NCBI GenBank assembly: GCA_964547735.1
Contig: CAZJOV010000001.1
Span: 5,789 to 69,788, forward strand
Direction: 5' to 3'
Source: an uncultured Planctomycetia bacterium
GTDB lineage: Bacteria > Omnitrophota > Gorgyraeia > Duberdicusellales > 4484-171
DNA length: 64,000 bases
Position numbers and translations under genes: made by a program. Of this stretch, positions 28,188-36,292 are shown piece after piece. The notes beneath the pieces were generated by a model. The model was given only the letters and a program-made list of their open reading frames with translations, did not search any database and was not told the origin of the DNA. Position 1 is the first letter of the stretch. Each line of letters begins with the position of its first letter.

Positions 28188-29111
28188 ATGAGAGGGGCAA
28201 TTATTGGGGTGGGGAAAGTAGGTTCTTTGCATTTAAAGTTTCTAAAAAACTTTAAAGAAATAAAAAAAATTTATCTTGTTGATAAAAACCCAAAAAAAAT
28301 ATCTCCTTATCCTTTTGAAAGTTACCCTCATTATTCATCCTTGAAAAACAAGATTGATTTTGCAATTATCTCTGTTCCTACAATTTATCATTATGAAGTG
28401 GCTAAATTTTTTCTAAAAAATAAAATTCCTATTCTGGTAGAAAAACCTATTACCGCCACCCTTAGAGAGGCAAAACATCTTCTTACTCTTTCCCAAAAAA
28501 ACAAAACTCTTCTTTTTGTAGGCCACACAGAACGGTACAATATAGTATATCAGGAGGTTAAAAAAAATATAAAAAACCCTTGTTTTATCGAATGCCATCG
28601 CCTCAGTCCTTACCCTCATCGTTCTTTAGATATAAGTGTAGTGTCAGATTTGATGATTCATGATTTAGATATCCTTTTAGAACTAGTAAAAAGAAAGATA
28701 AAAAAAATTGAGGCGGTAGGGACAAAAGTTTTATCCTCCACTCCTGATATCGCCAATGCACGCATTGAATTTGAAGGAGGCTGTATCGCTAACCTAGTTG
28801 CCTCTCGTATTTCAAAGGAAAGAATAAGAAAATTCCGCATATTTTCTCCCAATTCTTATATTTCTTTAGATTTAGGAAATAGAAAGATAGAAACTTACAG
28901 AAAAATAAGAAGAAAGATTTATTACAAAAAAATAGAATATAAAAATATTCAGCCTCTTAAGAAAGAATTAGAAACATTTCTTTGGTGGGTAAAAGAAAAA
29001 AAAATTTCTATTTCCTTGATAAACAGAGCCTATCTTGCTTTAAAACTCGCCTTAAGAATTCAGAAAATAATAGAAAAAAATGAAAAAAATTATTTTTGTA
29101 GCAGGAGATAA
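28188..29111 (+). CDS. Gfo/Idh/MocA-family NAD(P)-dependent oxidoreductase, translationally coupled to lpxB
   Basis: N-terminal Rossmann segment R.AIIG.G..G..H. Conserved EKP (LVEKPIT) and the GH.ERYN region are typical of Gfo/Idh/MocA. Its 3' end overlaps the lpxB start by 32 nt. Confidence 0.75.
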   Translation: MRGAIIGVGKVGSLHLKFLKNFKEIKKIYLVDKNPKKISPYPFESYPHYSSLKNKIDFAIISVPTIYHYEVAKFFLKNKIPILVEKPITATLREAKHLLTLSQKNKTLLFVGHTERYNIVYQEVKKNIKNPCFIECHRLSPYPHRSLDISVVSDLMIHDLDILLELVKRKIKKIEAVGTKVLSSTPDIANARIEFEGGCIANLVASRISKERIRKFRIFSPNSYISLDLGNRKIETYRKIRRKIYYKKIEYKNIQPLKKELETFLWWVKEKKISISLINRAYLALKLALRIQKIIEKNEKNYFCSRR

Positions 29112-30153
29112 ATCCGGTGATCTTCTGGCAGGAAAGTTATGTGAAAAATTAGAAAACCTTTACAGAGGAAAAGTCAATATTTTTTCTTTTGCGGGTTCTG
29201 TTTTAGGAAAACACTCATTACTTTTATTTAATCTGGTAAACCATTCTGTCTCAGGATTATGGGAAGCAACCTCTCAATTTTTTAAATTCTTTCATATTTT
29301 CAATTATGTTCTTTCTAAAATAAGAAAAATTAAACCCGATTTAATTATTCTTGTCGACTTTCCTGAATTCAACCTTCACTTAGCGAAAGCATTAAATCAT
29401 CAATTTAAGATCTTCTATTACATCAGTCCACAAATATGGGCATGGCGAAAAAAAAGAATAAAGGCAATAAAACGATATATTGATAAAATGATTGTTATCT
29501 TTGAATTCGAAAAAGATATTTACCTTAAGAATAACATAGAAGTTTACTATTTTGGCCATCCCCTTTTAGATATTATCCCTCAAACACCCACATCTTCCAA
29601 AAATAGAATTATTTTTCTTCCTGGCTCAAGAAAAAATGAGATAAGAATCCATCTTCCTTTAGTATTATCTGCAAAAAAAAGATTGGAGAAGGAATTAAAA
29701 GATTATGAGTTTATAGCTGTACGCCCCCCTCATATTCCTCCAGCATTTTACCCTTCTCAGATAAAAACACACCTACACAACTACCAAATCCTAAGGGAAT
29801 CTAAATTTATCCTTACCTCCTCCGGAAGTGCTACGCTGGAAGCCACTATAATGGAGATACCTTTTCTTATTTTTTACAAGTTAAATCGATTAAGTTATTT
29901 TCTCCTTAGAAAAATGATTAATATAAATTTCATAGGTATGCCTAATATAATCGCTAACAAAAAAGTTGTGGAAGAATTCATCCAGAGAAAAGCTACTCCT
30001 TCTAACTTAGCTAAATATACATTAGAAGTTATCAGGAATCCTTCAAAATATAAAGAAATAAAAGAAAACTTAAAAAAAATAAAAGAAAGGCTTAAACCCT
30101 ACCATAGCCTAGAAAATACTGCTCTTTTTATTGGAAGAGAGCTCGGCTTATAG
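29080..30153 (+). CDS. lpxB: lipid-A-disaccharide synthase
   Basis: N-terminal IIFVAGD.SGDLLAGKL aligns with the LpxB GT-B N-terminus (ALVAGETSGDILGA). Length 357 aa. Confidence 0.85.
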   Translation: MKKIIFVAGDKSGDLLAGKLCEKLENLYRGKVNIFSFAGSVLGKHSLLLFNLVNHSVSGLWEATSQFFKFFHIFNYVLSKIRKIKPDLIILVDFPEFNLHLAKALNHQFKIFYYISPQIWAWRKKRIKAIKRYIDKMIVIFEFEKDIYLKNNIEVYYFGHPLLDIIPQTPTSSKNRIIFLPGSRKNEIRIHLPLVLSAKKRLEKELKDYEFIAVRPPHIPPAFYPSQIKTHLHNYQILRESKFILTSSGSATLEATIMEIPFLIFYKLNRLSYFLLRKMININFIGMPNIIANKKVVEEFIQRKATPSNLAKYTLEVIRNPSKYKEIKENLKKIKERLKPYHSLENTALFIGRELGL

Positions 30154-31965
30154 ATACTTTCTGGTTTTCAAATAATTATAGATATTGACTATTGCTGCGG
30201 GAGTAATTCCGCTAATTCTTAATGCATCCCCTAAAGTTTTAGGTTTAAGCTTGCTTAATTTTTCTCTTATTTCTTTAGAAAGGGAAGGAATGGAAAAGTA
30301 ATCAAGAAAGGGAGGAATTTTTACCTTATCCATTTCCTTTAACTGCCGAGCATAGCTGGCTTCTCTTTTAATGAATCCTTCGTACTTAACATTAATCTCT
30401 ACCTCTCTTTTGACCAAAGAATTAGCTATATCCTTTTTAAGGTAAGAAAGAATGTCTTCAAAGTTAATTTGTGGTCTTTTTAACACCTTAAAAAGAGATT
30501 CTTTCTTCCCATCAAATACTATTTTAGTTTTTTTTAAATTCTCTATCTCTTTCTTGATTTTTCTCTGTTTTTCTCTAATTCTTTCATATTCTTTTTCTCC
30601 TATCAGCCCCAAACTATATGCTTTATTAGAAAGACGAATATCAGCATTACTCTCTCTTAAAGAAAGACGAAACTCAGCACGTGAAGTAAACATTCTATAA
30701 GGCTCATCTACCCCTTTAGCTGTCAAATCATCAATCAGAACCCCGATAAATGCCTCTTCTCTTCTTAGGATGAAAGGATCTTTTCTTTTGACTTTTAAGG
30801 CAGCGTTTATTCCTGCAATCAGCCCCTGTGCTGCTGCCTCTTCATACCCAGTAGTACCATTAACCTGTCCGGCAAAAAATAATCCTGAGATTAACTTTGT
30901 TTCCAAAGTAGGATAGAGCTGAGTAGGCATAATTAAACCATGTTCAATTCCATAACCAGGACGCAAAACTTTCGCATTTTCTAATCCCTCAATAGTGTGA
31001 ATAAAATCCAACTGTACATCAAAAGGTAAGGAGGTAGAAATGCCATTAGGATAGACCTCAACAGAATCCCACCCTTCCGGTTCAATGAATATTTGATGTT
31101 TTTCTTTTTCGGGAAACTTTACTATCTTATCTTCTAAAGAAGGGCAATACCTTACTCCTTTTGACTTTATCTTTCCGGTATAGAGAGGAGAACGATTCAA
31201 ATTTTTCAAGATTATCTTATGCGTCTTTTTATTTGTATAGGTAAGATAACAACTTAGCTGTGGAGAAGGAACAGCAGTATTAGAAAACGAAAAAGGTTCT
31301 ACATCATAATGAGGTTTTTGCTCAACCATCCTGGAAAAATCTATCGTTCTTTTATCCAATCGTGCACACGTTCCCGTCTTAAAGTGAAGAGTTTCAAACC
31401 CTAACCTTTTTATATCTTCAAACAACTCATCACAGGATAACTCATAAAGACGGCCTCCACAAAAACTATCCAGACCAATATGAATCTTACTTTTAAGAAA
31501 AGTTCCTGCACAGATTATTACTGTTGAAGAATAAAACTCTTCTCCAAAATTAGTCTTAACTCCTATTACTTTTTTATTCTTTACTAAAATTTTATCCACC
31601 TTAGCCTCAAGAAGTTTTATATTTTCGTTATTCTCTAAAAAGGAACGGGCTATCTTAGGGTATAAAAATCTATCCACTTGAGCCCTTGTGGACCAGACAG
31701 CTTTCCCTTTGCTTTTGTTAAGCCGACGAAAACTCACCGCACATTTATCTGCAATCTTCCCAATTACTCCCCCTAATACATCTATCTCCTTTACCAGTTG
31801 TCCTTTAGAAACTCCTCCTACAGCAGGGTTGCAAGAAAGTTTTCCAACGGTATCCAAGCTTAAAGTAAGAACTAATACTGAAACTCCCAACCTGGCAGAA
31901 ATATTGGCAGCCTCAACTCCGGCATGCCCTGCTCCCACAACAATCACATCCCACTTCTTACTCAT
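30148..31965 (-). CDS. mnmG: tRNA uridine 5-carboxymethylaminomethyl modification enzyme MnmG (GidA)
   Basis: FAD-binding motif DVIVVGAGHAGVEAA, and overall a long GidA pattern with a C-terminal tRNA-binding region. I trimmed the start to the Met directly preceding the FAD motif. The ORF track extends 21 codons further upstream. Confidence 0.93.
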   Translation of the reverse strand: MSKKWDVIVVGAGHAGVEAANISARLGVSVLVLTLSLDTVGKLSCNPAVGGVSKGQLVKEIDVLGGVIGKIADKCAVSFRRLNKSKGKAVWSTRAQVDRFLYPKIARSFLENNENIKLLEAKVDKILVKNKKVIGVKTNFGEEFYSSTVIICAGTFLKSKIHIGLDSFCGGRLYELSCDELFEDIKRLGFETLHFKTGTCARLDKRTIDFSRMVEQKPHYDVEPFSFSNTAVPSPQLSCYLTYTNKKTHKIILKNLNRSPLYTGKIKSKGVRYCPSLEDKIVKFPEKEKHQIFIEPEGWDSVEVYPNGISTSLPFDVQLDFIHTIEGLENAKVLRPGYGIEHGLIMPTQLYPTLETKLISGLFFAGQVNGTTGYEEAAAQGLIAGINAALKVKRKDPFILRREEAFIGVLIDDLTAKGVDEPYRMFTSRAEFRLSLRESNADIRLSNKAYSLGLIGEKEYERIREKQRKIKKEIENLKKTKIVFDGKKESLFKVLKRPQINFEDILSYLKKDIANSLVKREVEINVKYEGFIKREASYARQLKEMDKVKIPPFLDYFSIPSLSKEIREKLSKLKPKTLGDALRISGITPAAIVNIYNYLKTRKYL

Positions 31966-33100
31966 AGACACCAGCCAATTTTTCTCCGCAGAATTTACAC
32001 CTTCCCTGAATAAGATTGTTTTCTTCAACAGAAAACCCCATTCTTTTTATAACCATCTTTCCGCAGTGAGGACAATAAGTATTTTCTCCATAATCGGTAA
32101 AAATATTACCAATATAGATGTATCTTAAACCTTTTCTCTTCCCAATTTTGTAAGCTTTCTCTAATACGGACAAAGGAGTAGTTTTGCTTTCATAAAACCG
32201 GTAATCAGGATGAAAACGATTAACATGCCAAGGGATATCATGAGAAAGAGAAGCAATAAAAGAAGCTATTTCTTCCAACTCTTCATCAGAATCGTTTAAT
32301 CCGGGAATAAGCAAAGTGGTTATCTCAACCCAGATTCCCAACTTTTTCATCAATTCTATATTCTTCAAAACCGGACTTAGAGAGGCTCCACAATATTTTT
32401 TATAGAAATCCTCAGAGAAAGCTTTCAAATCAATATTTGCCGCATCCAGATAAGGAGAAATCAACCTTATTGCCTCCTCACTCATAAATCCATTAGTGAC
32501 AAAATTGTTATAAAGCCCTCTTTTTTTAGCTAATTTTGCACACTCATAAGCTAACTCAAAAAATACTGTGGGCTCAGTATAAGTATAAGAGATACTTTTA
32601 CACCTATGATAGAAAGCCTCCTCTATAATCCCCTGAGGAGAAAAAAATCTACCTCTAATCCCTAACCTGTCTGCTTCTTTTTTCTGAGAGATTTCCCAAT
32701 TCTGACAAAACAGACACCTAAAATTACATCCTATACAAGCAATAGAATAAGCTAATGAGCCAGGAAGAAAATGAAAAAAAGGTTTTTTTTCGATAGGGTC
32801 AATATTTTTAGCTACTACTTCTCCATAATTTAAAGTATAAAGAAAACCTCCCTGGTTTATTCTTACTCCACAACGTCCTTTACTTCCTTCTTTAATTATA
32901 CAAAAATGGCTACAAAGATTACATCTTACCTCTTTATTTCTCCCTTTAATATATAGTAATGCTTCTTTCACAGAATCAATTATATAATTGATTTTCTCCC
33001 AATTCAATGTTAATATATAGCAGAATGAAAATAAAGGGAGAAAAAGCGATTGATCGGGATATAAAAAAAATTGAAGAGATTTTTTTTTCAAAACCTCCAA
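31958..33100 (-). CDS. radical SAM enzyme, AmmeMemoRadiSam-system type (PFL-activase-like)
   Basis: N-terminal Cys cluster VRCNLCSHFC...GRCGVR, and the radical SAM CxxxCxxC motif CIGCNFRCLFCQNWEIS. The true start is probably a non-ATG codon near 32993 (TTG in LNWEKINY), because the ATG at 33100 would overlap the divergent gene starting at 33007. Confidence 0.8.
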   Translation of the reverse strand: MEVLKKKSLQFFLYPDQSLFLPLFSFCYILTLNWEKINYIIDSVKEALLYIKGRNKEVRCNLCSHFCIIKEGSKGRCGVRINQGGFLYTLNYGEVVAKNIDPIEKKPFFHFLPGSLAYSIACIGCNFRCLFCQNWEISQKKEADRLGIRGRFFSPQGIIEEAFYHRCKSISYTYTEPTVFFELAYECAKLAKKRGLYNNFVTNGFMSEEAIRLISPYLDAANIDLKAFSEDFYKKYCGASLSPVLKNIELMKKLGIWVEITTLLIPGLNDSDEELEEIASFIASLSHDIPWHVNRFHPDYRFYESKTTPLSVLEKAYKIGKRKGLRYIYIGNIFTDYGENTYCPHCGKMVIKRMGFSVEENNLIQGRCKFCGEKLAGVYE

Positions 33101-33675
33101 AAAAAAAGAAAAAACATATATTTTTTATCCTTACTGGTTGCTTAATACTCTTAGGCAGTGCATTCCTCTTTTTTCAACATTATAGAATACTTCTTCTTCC
33201 CTATCTTAAAAAACCTAAATTGAGCTTACTTACTAACAAATTTCTAAAATCAATAAAATTCTCTACCTCTCAAGAAAAAATAAGATTCTCCCAAGGAACA
33301 ATATACCTTCCTCTTTCTTATAACAGGCCGCAAGAATTAATCCTCAATACAAAGAAACCGATAGATTTAGAAAATAATTTTCTCTGTCTTCATCTTAAAT
33401 TTTTAACACATTCCTCACCTAAATTAGAACTAATATGTGTGGTAAGAGACGAAAAATATTATTCCAATGTCCTTACTCCTTATAAAAAAAAGATTGCCTA
33501 TCATTCTAAGGAAGCCCCAAACTCAGCAGTTGTTCTTGTTAACCTTGAAAGTCGTTCTTCCCTAACAAATTTTTCTAAGATAAAACAAATAAGATTAACT
33601 TTTTATAATCTGAGGAGAAACCCTGTCTCTTTACTGATTGAAGATATAAAACTTAAAGAAAAGGAGGTAGAATGA
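33007..33675 (+). CDS. hypothetical single-pass membrane protein (N-in TM helix plus ~160-aa extracytoplasmic or cytoplasmic domain), partner of the ParA-like ATPase
   Basis: A Lys-rich N-terminus (KPPKKKKKH), then the hydrophobic helix IFFILTGCLILLGSAFLFF. I recognise no family. Its stop overlaps the downstream ATPase start (ATGA). Confidence 0.5.
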   Translation: MLIYSRMKIKGEKAIDRDIKKIEEIFFSKPPKKKKKHIFFILTGCLILLGSAFLFFQHYRILLLPYLKKPKLSLLTNKFLKSIKFSTSQEKIRFSQGTIYLPLSYNRPQELILNTKKPIDLENNFLCLHLKFLTHSSPKLELICVVRDEKYYSNVLTPYKKKIAYHSKEAPNSAVVLVNLESRSSLTNFSKIKQIRLTFYNLRRNPVSLLIEDIKLKEKEVE

Positions 33676-34694
33676 ATGTCATTACTGTAGTTAACCAGAA
33701 GGGAGGCTGCGGGAAAACTACCACCAGCGCGAACCTCTCCTTTGCTTTAAGTAAGAAATACAAAACTCTTTTAATTGATTTGGACCCTCAGGCTCATTCT
33801 ACTTTTTATCTGGGAATTAAGAATAATGATGATAAAGGTATCGTAAAGTTGTTTGAAGCCTCATTAGCGGGAAATTGCAGGATAGAAGAGTTTGCCCAAA
33901 GAAGAAACGATAATCTTTTTATTCTATCTTCCCGACTCAGCTTAAGTGTGTGGGAACACAAAATAAATCAATTTCCTGATCGTCTATTTTTCCTTTATAA
34001 GATTCTCTCCCAAAATTCCTTTTCTTACGATTATGTTATTATTGATTGTCCTCCCAACTTGGGCCTTCTCTCTCTTAATGCCATTGTGGCCAGTTCACAC
34101 CTTCTTATCCCCCTTTTGGTGTGTCCTTTTTCTCTGAAAGCACTAAAAAGCCTTCTGCAAGTGCTAAATTTAGTTGAAGAAAAGATGGGTAAAAAAATTA
34201 CTCCTTATTATCTTATAACTCAGCTTGATAAACGTGCTAAATTTTCTCTGTATTTCGTAGAAAAGATGAAAAAAGAACTAAAAGGGAACATTCTTAATAC
34301 AGTAATTAGAACGAATATAAGTTTAAGAGAAGCCTCCTTTAAAGGATTAAGCATTTTTGAATACAAGCCTTTATCTCGTGGGGCAAAAGATTATAAAACT
34401 CTTTCTGAAGAGATTATAAATCTTACTCAAGATAAAGGATGGGCTTATTTTTTCTTTAAAGGAAAGGATATTAATAATGTCTATATAGTAGGCGACTTTA
34501 ATCGTTGGCAGAAAGATGAAGAGTATAAAATGAAAAAAGCAGACGAGGAAAGTTGGTTCTTAAATTTTCCTCTTAAAAAGGGAAAGTATCACTATAAATT
34601 TCTGGCTGCTAACCGATGGATTGCTGATCCCCTCAATCCCTTTCAGGAAGATGACCCCTATGGAGGGAAAAACTCAGTATTAGTTATAAGTTAG
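33672..34694 (+). CDS. ParA/MinD-family deviant-Walker-A ATPase fused to a C-terminal AMPK-beta/CBM48-like glycogen-binding module
   Basis: Deviant Walker A VVNQKGGCGKTTTSANL, Walker A' DLDPQ, and Walker B IIDCPP. The C-terminal ~85 aa, VYIVGDFNRWQ...EESWFLNFPLKKGKYHYKFLAANRWIADPLNP, match the AMPK-beta GBD/CBM48 consensus (V.L.GSFNNW....F...L.LP.G.H.YKF.VDG.W..DP..P). Confidence 0.7.
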   Translation: MNVITVVNQKGGCGKTTTSANLSFALSKKYKTLLIDLDPQAHSTFYLGIKNNDDKGIVKLFEASLAGNCRIEEFAQRRNDNLFILSSRLSLSVWEHKINQFPDRLFFLYKILSQNSFSYDYVIIDCPPNLGLLSLNAIVASSHLLIPLLVCPFSLKALKSLLQVLNLVEEKMGKKITPYYLITQLDKRAKFSLYFVEKMKKELKGNILNTVIRTNISLREASFKGLSIFEYKPLSRGAKDYKTLSEEIINLTQDKGWAYFFFKGKDINNVYIVGDFNRWQKDEEYKMKKADEESWFLNFPLKKGKYHYKFLAANRWIADPLNPFQEDDPYGGKNSVLVIS

Positions 34695-35085
34695 ACAAGA
34701 TTTTAAGTGCTTTCTCATTATCATTAGAAGAAAAAATCAAAGTAGCTACCTGAGAAGAAGATGTTGTGCCGTAGATATATTCTAAATCAATACCTTCTTC
34801 TTTGAGTTTCCCTCCCAACTTATGAAGCTGACCTATCTCATCAGGAAGCTCAACTAAAACTACTTCTTTAAGCTCTACATTATGGTCTTGAGAGAGAACT
34901 TCTTTTGCTCTTAAATTATCTGAAGTAATTATCCTAAATATGGCTTGATTGTCTCTAACGTAAGCACAGATTGTGCGAATATTTATATTTTTTTGCGCAA
35001 TAACCCCTGTTATCTGAGCCAATTTCCCTACTTCATTTGAAGTAACCAAAAAAATTTCTTCTGTTTTTACCACCTTCATTTTCAC
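34684..35085 (-). CDS. tandem ACT-domain protein
   Basis: 133 aa with two beta-alpha-beta-beta-alpha-beta-like repeats (VGKLAQITGVIA...NI and VELPDEIGQLHKLGGKL...ID). Confidence 0.6.
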   Translation of the reverse strand: MKMKVVKTEEIFLVTSNEVGKLAQITGVIAQKNINIRTICAYVRDNQAIFRIITSDNLRAKEVLSQDHNVELKEVVLVELPDEIGQLHKLGGKLKEEGIDLEYIYGTTSSSQVATLIFSSNDNEKALKILSNL

Positions 35086-35089
35086 CTCC

Positions 35090-35668
35090 TTAATTTAGAG
35101 AATGGGAGAAGGAAAACAAATTTACTGAAGGTATACTAACTTCCGGATTCTTCGCAGAAACATCCTCATCAGGTAGATATCTTCCTTTTAAAGCTTCAAT
35201 TTTAAATACTCCTTGCGAGGTATCAAAAGAAAATTTACAATCCACAATTCGAGAAGATAGGTCAGTATAATGATTAAGGTTGGATGCATCCGGATAGAAC
35301 CTTACGGTATGCAGAGAATAATTATATGCATACCTTCTTATAGTATCATCACTATAATCTGAAGGAGTTTTACTTAAATCATTTCTTATATCCACATAAC
35401 AATTATTGAAGTTACAAGCTGATATATCTGCCTGCCAGTTTACACTTATTCCTACATTATCTGTATCTGCTACATCTCCTATCGCTTCCCTTAAACGCTT
35501 GTCAAGATGATGAATAATAGAAGAAATATCAGCTAAAACCTCACCACGATAATCCTGTCTTTTATACATCTTCAAAGCCGCCACCTCAAACGTTCCCACT
35601 GCCAGAACTACCAACCCCAACAAAGAAACGGCAATAATCAACTCCACCAAAGTCATTATCTTTCTCAT
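35090..35668 (-). CDS. type IV pilin-like / pseudopilin-like protein with non-canonical N-terminal processing site
   Basis: N-terminus MRKI-MTLVELIIAVSLLGLVVLAV has the hydrophobic alpha1 helix and Glu at +5 of a class III signal, but Ile rather than Gly at -1. The first ATG (the ORF track's GTG start is 3 nt upstream) overlaps the upstream gene's stop by 1 nt. Confidence 0.6.
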   Translation of the reverse strand: MRKIMTLVELIIAVSLLGLVVLAVGTFEVAALKMYKRQDYRGEVLADISSIIHHLDKRLREAIGDVADTDNVGISVNWQADISACNFNNCYVDIRNDLSKTPSDYSDDTIRRYAYNYSLHTVRFYPDASNLNHYTDLSSRIVDCKFSFDTSQGVFKIEALKGRYLPDEDVSAKNPEVSIPSVNLFSFSHSLN

Positions 35669-35991
35669 CACCAGCTTATGTTAAAAGTCACTTTGCGACA
35701 CTCCTGACCGGTTACAGTTACAGGTTCTACGTTATAGCTTAAGCTATATTTTCCTAAGGAACCCAAATCATACGAACCTAAGGAGAGTGCTCCGCTATCC
35801 CAGGTATCTTCTCTTACCTCAGAAAAAAGAGCATTTAGATTACTCTCTGCTAAAAGAGCACCCTCAAAAACATCTTCTGCAAAACGGACTGTACCTCTTA
35901 TATTTGCAAATACTGCTATTATCGCGGCAAAAATAACCATCACAATAAAGGTAGCAACAAGTATCTCTAAGAGAGTGAAGAAGTTTCTCAT
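35668..35991 (-). CDS. type IV pilin-like protein (minor pilin-like) with non-canonical N-terminus
   Basis: N-terminus MRNF-FTLLEILVATFIVMVIFAAI has an FTLLE motif with Glu+5, a 3-4 residue leader, and no Gly at -1. A stop lies immediately upstream of the ATG, so no alternative start can supply a Gly. Confidence 0.6.
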   Translation of the reverse strand: MRNFFTLLEILVATFIVMVIFAAIIAVFANIRGTVRFAEDVFEGALLAESNLNALFSEVREDTWDSGALSLGSYDLGSLGKYSLSYNVEPVTVTGQECRKVTFNISW

Positions 35992-36291
35992 CTAAAAATT
36001 TAAAATCCTTTTTACTTCTTTTTTTGAAAACGCTTTCTTGAAATCTCCAAAATCAATAAACTCTGCCTCAGAATACAATTTTTTAAACTTTCTTACTAAA
36101 AAAGCATCCGCTTTTCGACGAAATCCTATATATTTAAACTCCTTCTTACACTGAGGACATTTTTTCTCTCCAATCTTTATCCCTACTTTATGACAGGAAA
36201 AACACTCTCCAGAAAGTTCTCCTACTACCAAAAGATGATTTTTTATCTCTTCCAAATCTAATTTCATCCATATCCTTAAAAAATCTTCCAT
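35992..36291 (-). CDS. small zinc-ribbon protein (CxxC-x13-CxxC)
   Basis: ECFSCHKVGIKIGEKKCPQCKKEF makes a four-Cys ribbon. I trimmed the start to MEDF... because the longer ORF would overlap lpxC-fabZ by 40 nt. Confidence 0.45.
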   Translation of the reverse strand: MEDFLRIWMKLDLEEIKNHLLVVGELSGECFSCHKVGIKIGEKKCPQCKKEFKYIGFRRKADAFLVRKFKKLYSEAEFIDFGDFKKAFSKKEVKRILNF

Positions 36292-36292
36292 C

